Below, piece after piece: positions 41,013 through 50,556 of a DNA stretch of 59,420 nt (position 1 is its first letter; every line of letters begins with the position of its first letter). The stretch is from Chloroflexota bacterium (GTDB lineage: Bacteria > Chloroflexota > Dehalococcoidia > UBA2979): positions 1-59,420 of the forward strand of contig VXTU01000140.1 in assembly GCA_009837285.1 (NCBI GenBank), written 5' to 3'. The translations under genes and the position numbers were made by a program. The notes below the pieces were generated by a model. That model ran no database searches and was not told the DNA's origin. It was given only the letters and a program-made list of their open reading frames with translations.

Positions 41013-42098
41013 ATGGCGCGCGCCCGATCGTGCCTCGTCCGCCTCCTGTTCACGCTCCTCGCGTTCGCGATCGCCGTCGCTGTGACCGCGGGCGCCGCGA
41101 TCCTGTTCCTCGACGGCAACGAGGCGGACGCACCGACGGCGCCGGCCGAGCCCACCGATCCCGCCTCGCCATCGGCCGCGCGGCCCGAGACGGCGAGGAC
41201 CGCCGATGTGCTGGATGCGCCCGGGAGCGCCGGACGGCCGCGCGGCACGCTCGACGCGGGTACGCCACTGCGCATCGAGGGGCGGTCGGCGGACGGCATG
41301 TGGCTCGCCGTCGCCGCGCTCGCCGTCGATGGCCCCGACACACCCTCGCCGGTGACAGGCTGGGTGCCCGCCGGGGCGGTCGCCAGCGCCGGCGACATCA
41401 ACGCGCTGGAAATCGTCGACGCGCGTGCCTACCGTCTGCCCGTCGAGACGCCCACAGCACCACCCGGGCCCGAGGCCACTCCAACTCCGCCACCCGACCG
41501 GCCGGACCTCGTGGTGCGCGAGGTGTTCGCCCGTGAGAACCACCTCGTGGTGGTCGTCGCGAACGAGGGCAGCGCCAACGCCGACGCGGGCGGCGTGATC
41601 GAGGTGAGCGTCAACGGCGGCCCGTTCATACGCATCGACACCGGCAAGGCCCTTCGGCCGGGCGACGAACTCGAACGCGTCGTCGCGGGCGAGTCTGTGC
41701 AGCTACGCTCCCACGTTGCGGTCACGCTCCGCGCCTGGGGGCTCATCGAGGAGGACACCGACAACAACACCTTCGAGAGCGACGTCGCGCCGGACACCTT
41801 CAATGACATCGAGGTCTCCCGCGTCGCGATCGACCCCGACGGCGGTCACGTCGTGGTCGAGGTGCGCAACAACAGCCCGATCCCGCTCGCGGGGAACGTG
41901 ACGCTTGCGGTGCGCGAATCGGGGCCGGGCGGGGCGCCGCTGTTCAGCGCTGAGTTCACGCTCGAGGTAGCGGCAGGCGCGACAAGCCGCTATGACCTGA
42001 GGGAGCTCACGGGCGTCGAGGACGGCTCGGTGTCCGTGACCGTCTCCACCGACGCGATCAGCGACGCGGACAGCGCCAACAACACCTACCCGCGATGA
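41013..42098 (+). CDS. Secreted or anchored hypothetical protein with an SH3b-like segment and CARDB-like repeats
   Basis: There is a signal/anchor (LLFTLLAFAIAVAVTAGAAILF) and GTLDAGTPLRIEGRSADGMWLAV (SH3b-like). Two segments begin PDLVVREV.../DIEVSRVAI... with NEGSA/NNSPIP, resembling CARDB domains. Confidence 0.45.
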   Translation: MARARSCLVRLLFTLLAFAIAVAVTAGAAILFLDGNEADAPTAPAEPTDPASPSAARPETARTADVLDAPGSAGRPRGTLDAGTPLRIEGRSADGMWLAVAALAVDGPDTPSPVTGWVPAGAVASAGDINALEIVDARAYRLPVETPTAPPGPEATPTPPPDRPDLVVREVFARENHLVVVVANEGSANADAGGVIEVSVNGGPFIRIDTGKALRPGDELERVVAGESVQLRSHVAVTLRAWGLIEEDTDNNTFESDVAPDTFNDIEVSRVAIDPDGGHVVVEVRNNSPIPLAGNVTLAVRESGPGGAPLFSAEFTLEVAAGATSRYDLRELTGVEDGSVSVTVSTDAISDADSANNTYPR

Positions 42099-42499
42099 CC
42101 ACCAACCCCGACACCGCCGCACTCCGAGCCCGCCTCGAGGCCTCGCGCGCCGAGCTGCTCGACGCCATTGCACGGCTGACCGAGCAGGACTTCGCCTCCG
42201 ACCTCGGCAACGGAGAGAGCGTCGTCGAGACCCTCGCCGCGCTCGCTGCGGAGGAGCGCGCGACCGCTGCCGAGGTGGGTGGCGAGGCCGCCGTGCTGCC
42301 GGGCCGCGAGTCGACCGCCTCGCTCGCTCCGCAGGCGGTCCACGACCTCGCGGGCGCACGCTTCGAGACGCTCCGCGTCCTCGACGCCATCGAGGGCTCA
42401 GACCAGCGCGACGACGTGGCGCTGGCGGCGATCGCCGCGACGGCCGGGCGCGAGGAGGCCGCCGCGGGGCGGATTCGCGAGAGATTCGCGACTGATTGA
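42095..42499 (+). CDS. Hypothetical helical protein (DinB-like?)
   Basis: A 134-aa ORF whose ATG overlaps the upstream stop (ATGA). The N-terminus LRARLEASRAELLDAIARLTEQDF resembles DinB_2 family proteins, but the assignment is weak. Confidence 0.35.
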   Translation: MTTNPDTAALRARLEASRAELLDAIARLTEQDFASDLGNGESVVETLAALAAEERATAAEVGGEAAVLPGRESTASLAPQAVHDLAGARFETLRVLDAIEGSDQRDDVALAAIAATAGREEAAAGRIRERFATD

Positions 42500-42547
42500 C
42501 GCCTGCCCGTAACGATCCGGCCGGTCTGGTGTCTTAACAGACAGAGC

Positions 42548-44618
42548 ATGAGCACCATCGAAGACGTCAAGGCGCGACTCGACATCGTCGAGACCGTCGG
42601 GAGTTACGTCCCCAACCTCAAGCGCAGCGGGCGCACGTGGAAGGCCAACTGCCCCTTCCACAACGAGCGCACGCCCTCCTTCATCGTCGACCCCTCGCGC
42701 GGGAGCTGGCACTGCTTCGGCGCCTGCTCGACCGGCGGCGACGTGATCGAGTTCGTGCGCCGCATCGAGGGGCTCGACTTCCGCGAGGCGCTGGGCCGCT
42801 GCGCCGAGCGCGCGGGCGTCGAGCTGCGCCCGCCCACGCGCCGCGAGGTCGAACGCCGCGAGGAGCACGAGCGCCTGCTGGCCGCCAACGACGCGGCGAC
42901 GCTGTTCTACCAGGCGCAGCTCGCCGGGCCTCGCGGCGCCGAGGCGCGCGCCTACACCGAGCGTCGCGGCCTGGACGCCGCCACGCAGCGCGAGTGGCAG
43001 CTCGGCTACGCGCCCGACGAGTGGAGCGCGCTCACCGACCACCTCACCGCGCGCGGCTTCCAGGACCGCGAGCTCGTCGCGGCCGGCCTCGCGATCGAGG
43101 GCTCGCGCGGCCTGTACGACCGCTTCCGCGGCCGCCTGATCTTCCCCACCCGCGACGTGCGAGGCCGCATGGTCGGCTTCGGCGGACGTGCGCTCGGCGC
43201 GGACCAGGAGCCGAAGTACCTGAACACGCCTCGCACGCCGCTCTTCGACAAGAGCGGCACCATGTACGGCCTCGACCGCGGCGGCATCGAGGCGCGCCGC
43301 CAGGACCGCCTGATCGTCGTCGAGGGCTACATGGACGTGATCGCCTGCCACCAGGCGGGCATCGAGAACGTCGCGGCCTCGATGGGCACGGCCATCACCG
43401 AGGCGCAGATGCAGCTGATCAAGCGCTTCACGCCGAACGTCGTGCTCGCCCTCGACGCCGACAACGCCGGCTCCGAGGCGACGATCCGCGCGGTCGAGGT
43501 GGCCTCGGGCGCGGCGGACCAGGACACCGTCGCGACCATCGACTGGCGCGGCCTCGTCTCGTTCCAGAACGTGCTGCAAGCGGACATCCGCATCGCGGCG
43601 CTGCCCGAGGGGGAGGATCCAGACTCGCTCGTACGCTCCGACCCCGCGCGGCTGCGCGCGCTCATCGACGACGCGAAGCCCGTCGCCGACCACCTCTTCG
43701 AAGCGGTCGCCGAGCGCGCCAACCTGGACGACCCGCGGGCACGTTCCCAGGCCGTCGAGGCGATCGTGCCGACGGTAGCGGCCATGGCCGACCCGATCGT
43801 GCAGGCGGAGTACGTGCAGCGCCTCGCGCGCCTCGGCCGCGTCGACGAGCGGACGGTGCTCGGCCTGCTCGCCCGGCGAAGTCCCACGCAGCGGCGCGCG
43901 CGCCGCGGCGGCGATGAGCCGCCACCGCCACCAGATCCCGACGGCGGGGCCGCCCGCCCGACGCCCGTGCCGTCGGCGCGCGAGGAAGCGGCAGCCCGGC
44001 GCACCTCGAGTGCCGCGCAATCCGATCCGGCGCTCACCGACGTACACCCAGGAGAGGCGCAATTGCTGCGGCTGCTGCTGCTCCGTCCCGAGTGCCGCGA
44101 GGCCGGCCTCGAACTCGATCCCGACACGTTCGAGCACGGCCTCAACCGACAGCTGTTCGAGGCGTGGGCCGAGACCGGCGGCCTCGATGACGGCGCGTTC
44201 GAGGACGATGAGGACCTGCGCGCGCATCGCGCGGCCATCGAGGGCTCGGGACTGTCCGAGGCGTACGGGGCCATGACCGGGCCGCAGCTCGCCGAGGCGG
44301 TGCGCGGCACGGCGCGGACCCTGCGCGCGCGGCGCCAGCAGGAGCGCCTTCGGGCCGCGGCCTCGGCCGCCGCGCACGAGATCTCCGAGGGCCGCCGCAA
44401 CGGAGACGGTGACGAGCAGCACGACCTGGCCGAGAGCCTCGCAGGCATGGCCGAGCGGCAGCGCGAGCTGGTCCACGTGTTCCGGAACGGCGGCGAGGTC
44501 GCGGACGGCCTCGAGAACGGCGATAATGGGTCTGCCACCTGGACCCACGAGACAGCACAAGAGCAGGCGCACGTCGGCGCGCCCTCACGGGCAGCGCCGG
44601 AAGTGATGGAGGAGCCAG

Positions 44619-44635
<17 letters not shown>
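42548..44635 (+). CDS. dnaG: DNA primase
   Basis: There is a zinc-binding [11 protein letters not shown]...[12 protein letters not shown], the TOPRIM motifs EGYMDV and [10 protein letters not shown], an Arg/Pro-rich linker and a C-terminal helical domain. Confidence 0.95.
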
Positions 44636-46136
<1,501 letters not shown>

Positions 46137-46181
46137 CTCAGGTAGACTCGTCCCGAACGCGGGACCGGAAAGGGAGCCACC

Positions 46182-46430
46182 GTGCCGATCTACGAGTACC
46201 GCTGCGTCGAGGACGGCTGCGACGCGGAGTACGAGGAGCGCCGCTCCATCTCCGCCATGGACGAGAAGCGCGCCTGCCCGACCTGCGGTTCGACCTCGAC
46301 CGAGCGCAAGCTCAACATGAGCTTCGCCTACGTCGGCAGCTACAACACCGGCGACGTCGGCCCGCCGCTCGGCGACGGGTTCGACCCCGAGGGCGGGCTC
46401 GACGACGACTTCGAGTTCGACGACTTCTAG
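46182..46430 (+). CDS. FmdB-family zinc-ribbon protein (CxxC_CxxC_SSSS), paralog 1
   Basis: MPIYEYRC...C and ACPTCGS are present, with an acidic C-terminal tail (DDDFEFDDF). The start is GTG after AAAGGGAG. Confidence 0.8.
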   Translation: MPIYEYRCVEDGCDAEYEERRSISAMDEKRACPTCGSTSTERKLNMSFAYVGSYNTGDVGPPLGDGFDPEGGLDDDFEFDDF

Positions 46431-46452
46431 CAGGGCGGCACGGAGGCCGACC

Positions 46453-46722
46453 ATGCCCATCTACGAGTACCGCTGTAACAGCTGTGGGACCGAGTACGAC
46501 CAGATCCGGTCGATGTCCACGATGGACGAGGTCCGGGCGTGCCCCGAGTGCGGGTCGATGGAGACCGAGCGCCTGCTCCCCTCGCGCTTCGCGGTCCCTT
46601 CGGGCGCCCAGCGCGACGACCGCGGGGCGTACGACCCGGGCGTGGCATCGGAGTACGCACGTATCCAGCAGCAGCCCGACCCCGACGCCATGACGGTCGA
46701 GGAGTGGTTCCACGACCCGTAG
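46453..46722 (+). CDS. FmdB-family zinc-ribbon protein, paralog 2
   Basis: [12 protein letters not shown] and ACPECGS are present, 22 nt downstream of paralog 1. Confidence 0.8.
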   Translation: MPIYEYRCNSCGTEYDQIRSMSTMDEVRACPECGSMETERLLPSRFAVPSGAQRDDRGAYDPGVASEYARIQQQPDPDAMTVEEWFHDP

Positions 46723-46738
46723 GCCGCGCGTTCCGGCC

Positions 46739-46777
46739 CCCTCTCCCGCAGTGCGGGAGAGGGCGGGGGGTGAGGGT
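46739..46777. repeat. REP-like GC-rich palindromic element (hairpin CCCTCTCCCGC-AGT-GCGGGAGAGGG followed by a GGGGTGAGGG tail), a likely bidirectional terminator
   Basis: An 11-bp perfect stem read directly, between convergent genes. The same motif family recurs at 59273..59420. Confidence 0.7.
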
Positions 46778-46818
46778 CCGGCGTCGGTCAACCCGCGGTC
46801 ACACCCCGCAGACAGTTC

Positions 46819-47571
46819 CTAGCCTCCGGACTCCGCCATCGCGTCGGCATCCACGACCGGCGCAGCGGTCGTCGGCGTCTCGGGAGCAGCGCGGCGCACG
46901 TAGCTCTGGTAGCCGAACGCGGCGAGCCACAGCAGACCGCCGCAGGCAGCCGAGAACAGGCCGACGGCAAGCGTGACGGTGAACCAGAACCCCTGCGGGT
47001 ACATCTGCACCAGGTGGTCGCGCTTCGGGTCCAGCTGCCAGAAGTCGTTCGCGAACGACAGCACGTGGAACTGGCGGAACAGCGCGTCGAACCCCACCAC
47101 CACCGCCGACGCAGCGACGACGAGGAGTACGACGGTGGCGATCCCGGCGACCCGCACGTCCCGCGCCAGCTCGGCCATCGGCCGCTCGCGGTTCCAGGCG
47201 AGGACGGCAACGACGAACCCCACGAGGTACACGAAGGTGAGCTCGTGGACGCCGAACGCGAGGCGGATCAGCGCCTTCACGTCCTTCATGTGCAGCACCT
47301 CGCGCTCGTTGAACAGCTCCCGTTCCTGCCCGTCGACGGTGACGGCGATGGCGAGGAACTCATCGTCGTTGCGGAAGTAGCGGATGATCTCGCGCGCGGC
47401 CCGGTCGAGCTGGGGGCGGTCGATGCCGGTGCGCTGCTCGGCGTCGTAGCGGGTGAAGCCGTACTCGTGCACGCGCGGCTCGACGGCGGCGATGCGGACG
47501 AAGCTGAGCACGAGGAACACGGGCACCGCGACGATGAAGAGCGCGGTCGCGAGGCGGCGGAGTACCAGCAC
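46819..47571 (-). CDS. Integral membrane protein of the TIGR01906/DUF1461 type
   Basis: The N-terminal TM is LRRLATALFIVAVPVFLVLSF, followed by EIIRYFRND, LFNEREVLHMKDVK and QFHVLSFANDFWQLDP. The start is GTG 47571. Confidence 0.6.
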   Translation of the reverse strand: MLVLRRLATALFIVAVPVFLVLSFVRIAAVEPRVHEYGFTRYDAEQRTGIDRPQLDRAAREIIRYFRNDDEFLAIAVTVDGQERELFNEREVLHMKDVKALIRLAFGVHELTFVYLVGFVVAVLAWNRERPMAELARDVRVAGIATVVLLVVAASAVVVGFDALFRQFHVLSFANDFWQLDPKRDHLVQMYPQGFWFTVTLAVGLFSAACGGLLWLAAFGYQSYVRRAAPETPTTAAPVVDADAMAESGG

Positions 47572-47624
47572 CTCGCGAGTATACTGCCGGGCATGGCGGA
47601 AGCCCCCGCGACCCGGTACGCATC

Positions 47625-48632
47625 GTGACGCCAACGGACCGCGGCGCCCCATCCCTCGACGCCGTCATCACGGCGTTCGGCCTCAGCCCGAGCCAGGTCC
47701 AGGCCTTCGACCCCGAGCACCCGCGCATCGACGCGCAGCGCCCGCTGCTCGTGCTTGCCGCGCAGTGCGAGGAGGCCGCCAGCGTCGTGGCGGAGCGATA
47801 CCCGCCCGGGCATCGGGTGATGTCGCTCACCGCCGCCGGGGTCACCGAAACCACCGTGGACGCCCTTCCCGCGCACCACGAGGCCCACGCGTGGCTCATC
47901 GCCCCGCTCGCCCCCGAGCAGGATGCGCGCTCCCTGGACGGGCTGCGCGGCATCATGGAGCGGCTCTACAGCCCCGACGGCTGCCCGTGGGACTACGACC
48001 AGACACACGAGTCGCTCCGCAGCTACCTCATCGAGGAGACCTACGAGGCCATCGAAGCGATCGACCGCGGCGACCTGGAGGGGCTTCGCGAGGAGCTGGG
48101 CGACATTCTCTTGCAGGTCTTCTTCCACGCCGTCGTCGCCCAGACCAGCGGCGCGTTCACCCTGGACGACGTGGCCGAGACCATCGTGCGCAAGATGGTG
48201 CGCCGCCACCCGCACGTCTTCGCGGACGCGGATCACGGCTCAACGGCCGACGAGCAGTGGGAGCGCTGGGACGCGATCAAGGCCGCCGAACGCGCCGAGG
48301 CCGGCAAGAGCGGCGAGGACGACTCCCCGTTCGCGTCGCTGCCCCTCGCGTTGCCCGCGCTGCAGCGCGCGCAGTCGGTCATCGGGCGCGCCGCGCGAGC
48401 GGACCTCGGAGACGCTCCATCGGTCGACGCCGCCCTCCCAGCGCTGGCTGAGGCCGCCGACGCGCTCGCGGATGCGCCTCCCGGGGATCGCGGCGCGCGA
48501 CTGGGCGCGCTGCTGTGGGCCGTCGCGGCGTACGCGCGAGCCGAGGACCTGGACGCTGAGAGCGCACTGCGTGAGCAGACGGCCCGATTCATCGACAGGG
48601 CGGCCTCGAAGGCCGCGAACGGCAACGAGTAG
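47625..48632 (+). CDS. mazG: Nucleoside triphosphate pyrophosphohydrolase MazG with an N-terminal extension
   Basis: CPWDYDQTHESLRSYLIEETYEAIEAI is followed by a second MazG-type EEXXE region. Confidence 0.88.
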   Translation: MTPTDRGAPSLDAVITAFGLSPSQVQAFDPEHPRIDAQRPLLVLAAQCEEAASVVAERYPPGHRVMSLTAAGVTETTVDALPAHHEAHAWLIAPLAPEQDARSLDGLRGIMERLYSPDGCPWDYDQTHESLRSYLIEETYEAIEAIDRGDLEGLREELGDILLQVFFHAVVAQTSGAFTLDDVAETIVRKMVRRHPHVFADADHGSTADEQWERWDAIKAAERAEAGKSGEDDSPFASLPLALPALQRAQSVIGRAARADLGDAPSVDAALPALAEAADALADAPPGDRGARLGALLWAVAAYARAEDLDAESALREQTARFIDRAASKAANGNE

Positions 48633-48724
48633 GCAACAATCGGGATACCGGGGGGTGGTACACTCCCCGCAGTCAGTGGGCACACGCCGCGCGGAGCGCG
48701 GCTTCGACCAGGAGGACAGCATCG

Positions 48725-49309
48725 ATGGCCAGTGAGACGTCCGTAGTCACACCCGAGCGCTTCGCCGAGGGAATCCCGACGTTCGAGGAGTGGATGGACC
48801 AGATCGAGGTGCGCCAGGCCGAGTTCCGGCGCCACTACGAGGAGTTCGACCCCGACTCTGCCGACATCGCGGCGATCACGACGCTGGTCCAGGAGCGCGG
48901 CGTGAAGGCGCTGTGCCTCGGCGAGGACTGGTGCCCGGACGTGTGGCGCGGCCTGCCGGTGATCGCAAAGGTCGCCGAGCAGACCGGCATGGAGCTGCGG
49001 ATCTTCTTCCGCGACAAGAACAAGGACATCATGTCCGAGTTCCTCAACCAGGGTGAGTTCGAGTCGATTCCGACGATCGTCTTCTACGATGGCGACCACA
49101 ACTACCTCGGGCACTGGATCGAGCGCCCGGTGGTCGCCAACGAGGAGATGGATGGCCTGCGCCACATCCTCAGCGGCGTCGAGCGCAACACGCCGGAGTT
49201 CGACGAGGCGCGCGCCCGCTACAACGAGGAGACCTGGAAGCTCGCCCCGAACTGGCGGCACGCCTCGGTCACCGAGATGCGCACGCTGATCGAGGAGGGG
49301 CTCTCCTAG
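48725..49309 (+). CDS. Thioredoxin-fold family protein
   Basis: GEDWCPDVWRGLPV (WCPD motif) and IPTIVFYD are typical of thioredoxin-like proteins. Confidence 0.6.
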   Translation: MASETSVVTPERFAEGIPTFEEWMDQIEVRQAEFRRHYEEFDPDSADIAAITTLVQERGVKALCLGEDWCPDVWRGLPVIAKVAEQTGMELRIFFRDKNKDIMSEFLNQGEFESIPTIVFYDGDHNYLGHWIERPVVANEEMDGLRHILSGVERNTPEFDEARARYNEETWKLAPNWRHASVTEMRTLIEEGLS

Positions 49310-49339
49310 CTCGTCGCGGCCCGGATGGGAGTACCTGCC

Positions 49340-49516
49340 ATGACGCTCGGGCCCTTCGGCCCCATGTCGCAGCAGCACGCGGACGAAGAGGTCCGGCGTG
49401 TGGGCGAGCGCGAGCAGATGCGCGGACAAGGGCGCACGTTCGCGCACGACCTGCTCAACGTCGCGTTCCTGGTCCGGCGCATCGGGCGACGCCTGCTGCG
49501 CGTGGTCAGGCGCTGA
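49340..49516 (+). CDS. Small basic protein (58 aa), paralog A of a tandem pair; unknown family
   Basis: MTLGPFGPMSQQHADEEVRRVGEREQMRGQGRTFAHDLLNVAFLVRRIGRRLLRVVRR. It is preceded by GGGAG, and it has the same length and column-by-column similarity as the next ORF. Confidence 0.5.
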   Translation: MTLGPFGPMSQQHADEEVRRVGEREQMRGQGRTFAHDLLNVAFLVRRIGRRLLRVVRR

Positions 49517-49545
49517 GGAGCGGCGTCGAGACGAAGGAGGTCGCC

Positions 49546-49722
49546 ATGGCCTTCGGACCCGGCGGATCGATGTCGGAGTTGCACGCCAACGCGAGCGCGA
49601 GGCGCGCCCGCGAGCGTCACGAACTCCGCGGGCAGCATCGTACGTTCATGTACGACATGCTGAACGCTGTGTTCCTGGTGCGCCGGCTCACCCGACGCCT
49701 GCGGCGCGTGCTCAGGCGCTAA
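49546..49722 (+). CDS. Small basic protein (58 aa), paralog B of the tandem pair
   Basis: MAFGPGGSMSELHANASARRARERHELRGQHRTFMYDMLNAVFLVRRLTRRLRRVLRR. A strong Shine-Dalgarno sequence (GAAGGAGG) ends 5 nt before the ATG. At 58 aa this ORF is too short to appear in the supplied track. Confidence 0.55.
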   Translation: MAFGPGGSMSELHANASARRARERHELRGQHRTFMYDMLNAVFLVRRLTRRLRRVLRR

Positions 49723-49766
49723 ACGACAACCAACGACAACCAACGACAACCAACGACAACCAACGA
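49722..49766. repeat. Tandem 10-bp repeat (CAACGACAAC, about 4.5 copies)
   Basis: Read directly. AACGACAAC, three copies of CAACGACAAC and CAACGA begin at the last base of the stop codon of paralog B. Confidence 0.95.
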
Positions 49767-49788
49767 GGCGGCCCGGGCGGGCCGCCTC
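49765..49788. terminator. GC-rich hairpin (GAGGCGGCCC-GGGC-GGGCCGCCTC) between convergent genes, a candidate bidirectional terminator
   Basis: A perfect 10-bp stem with a 4-nt loop. It is followed by TT on the plus strand, and the repeat supplies T-rich sequence on the minus strand. Confidence 0.6.
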
Positions 49789-49823
49789 TTGCTCGGGGCG
49801 GGAGTGTCTCGGAGCCCGAACGC

Positions 49824-50504
49824 CTAGCCCGGACGCCTGCCCGACGAACCCTGGCCTGGGCGGGCCGAGATGGGCATGGTCTCCGTCGCCCGTGGCCGCC
49901 GTGAGGGCTCTGTGACGTCCTCGCCCTGTGCGCCGTCGCCGTCCGCGTCCAGCGGGCGTTCCGCCTCCTCGGGCGAGCGCGTCTTCGACATCGAACGCGC
50001 CCGCGGGTGTGTGGCCGAGCAGTACGGACAGTGACGCCAGGCGTTCTGGAGCAAGCGCCCACACTCGACGCACGGCTCCTTCAGCTGGTAGCTGCAGAAG
50101 GCGCAGAGCGCCCAGTCCTGGTCGACGGGTCGCTGGCATTCCGGGCATGTCGGCACGGCGTGGAGGTCGGACAGGATCGCTTCCTGCTCCAGCTGGCGGT
50201 CGTACGCCTCGCGCAGCGTCTCGCGTGGCCGCGCGATGAGGTACGCGGGCACCCCGACCAGCGGCAGCACGATGATGATCGACATGCCGATGACCTGCGA
50301 GGCAATGTCGCGCGTGCGGCTGCGGATGTCGCGATACGCCCACAGGATCGACGCGACCCAGATCAGGAAGAGGTACGAGCCGATGATGAGCCCGACGAGC
50401 CGCGCGGTCGTCTGCCAGTCGCCGCCGGGCCAGCCGAAAGGTAGCTCCACGTCCGCCTCGCAGTCCGCTTGGGGGAGCCCGCAAGTGAGCGTACCATGAG
50501 CCAC
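49824..50504 (-). CDS. Membrane protein with a PLD-nuclease-N-like TM domain and a double zinc ribbon
   Basis: LIWVASILWAYRDIRSR...IIIVLPLVGVPAYLIARP is followed by CPECQ...CAFC...CVECG...CPYC. The start is GTG 50504 (or 50450). The longer track ORF would overlap pcrA. Confidence 0.6.
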   Translation of the reverse strand: MAHGTLTCGLPQADCEADVELPFGWPGGDWQTTARLVGLIIGSYLFLIWVASILWAYRDIRSRTRDIASQVIGMSIIIVLPLVGVPAYLIARPRETLREAYDRQLEQEAILSDLHAVPTCPECQRPVDQDWALCAFCSYQLKEPCVECGRLLQNAWRHCPYCSATHPRARSMSKTRSPEEAERPLDADGDGAQGEDVTEPSRRPRATETMPISARPGQGSSGRRPG

Positions 50505-50556
50505 CGGGACGGTCGCCGAAGCCGTCCCACCGTCCTCCCCGCATCGCCGGACGCTA

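Noticed and set aside
46137-46181. Terminator hairpin after rpoD (GTCCCG-AACG-CGGGAC).
   Set aside because: The stem is only 6 bp with no T-tract, and the FmdB gene starts 14 nt later with its own Shine-Dalgarno sequence. Read-through is more likely.
49722-49766. CRISPR array or minisatellite.
   Set aside because: The units are 10 bp and directly abut one another with no spacers. No cas genes are in the window, so this is a simple tandem repeat.
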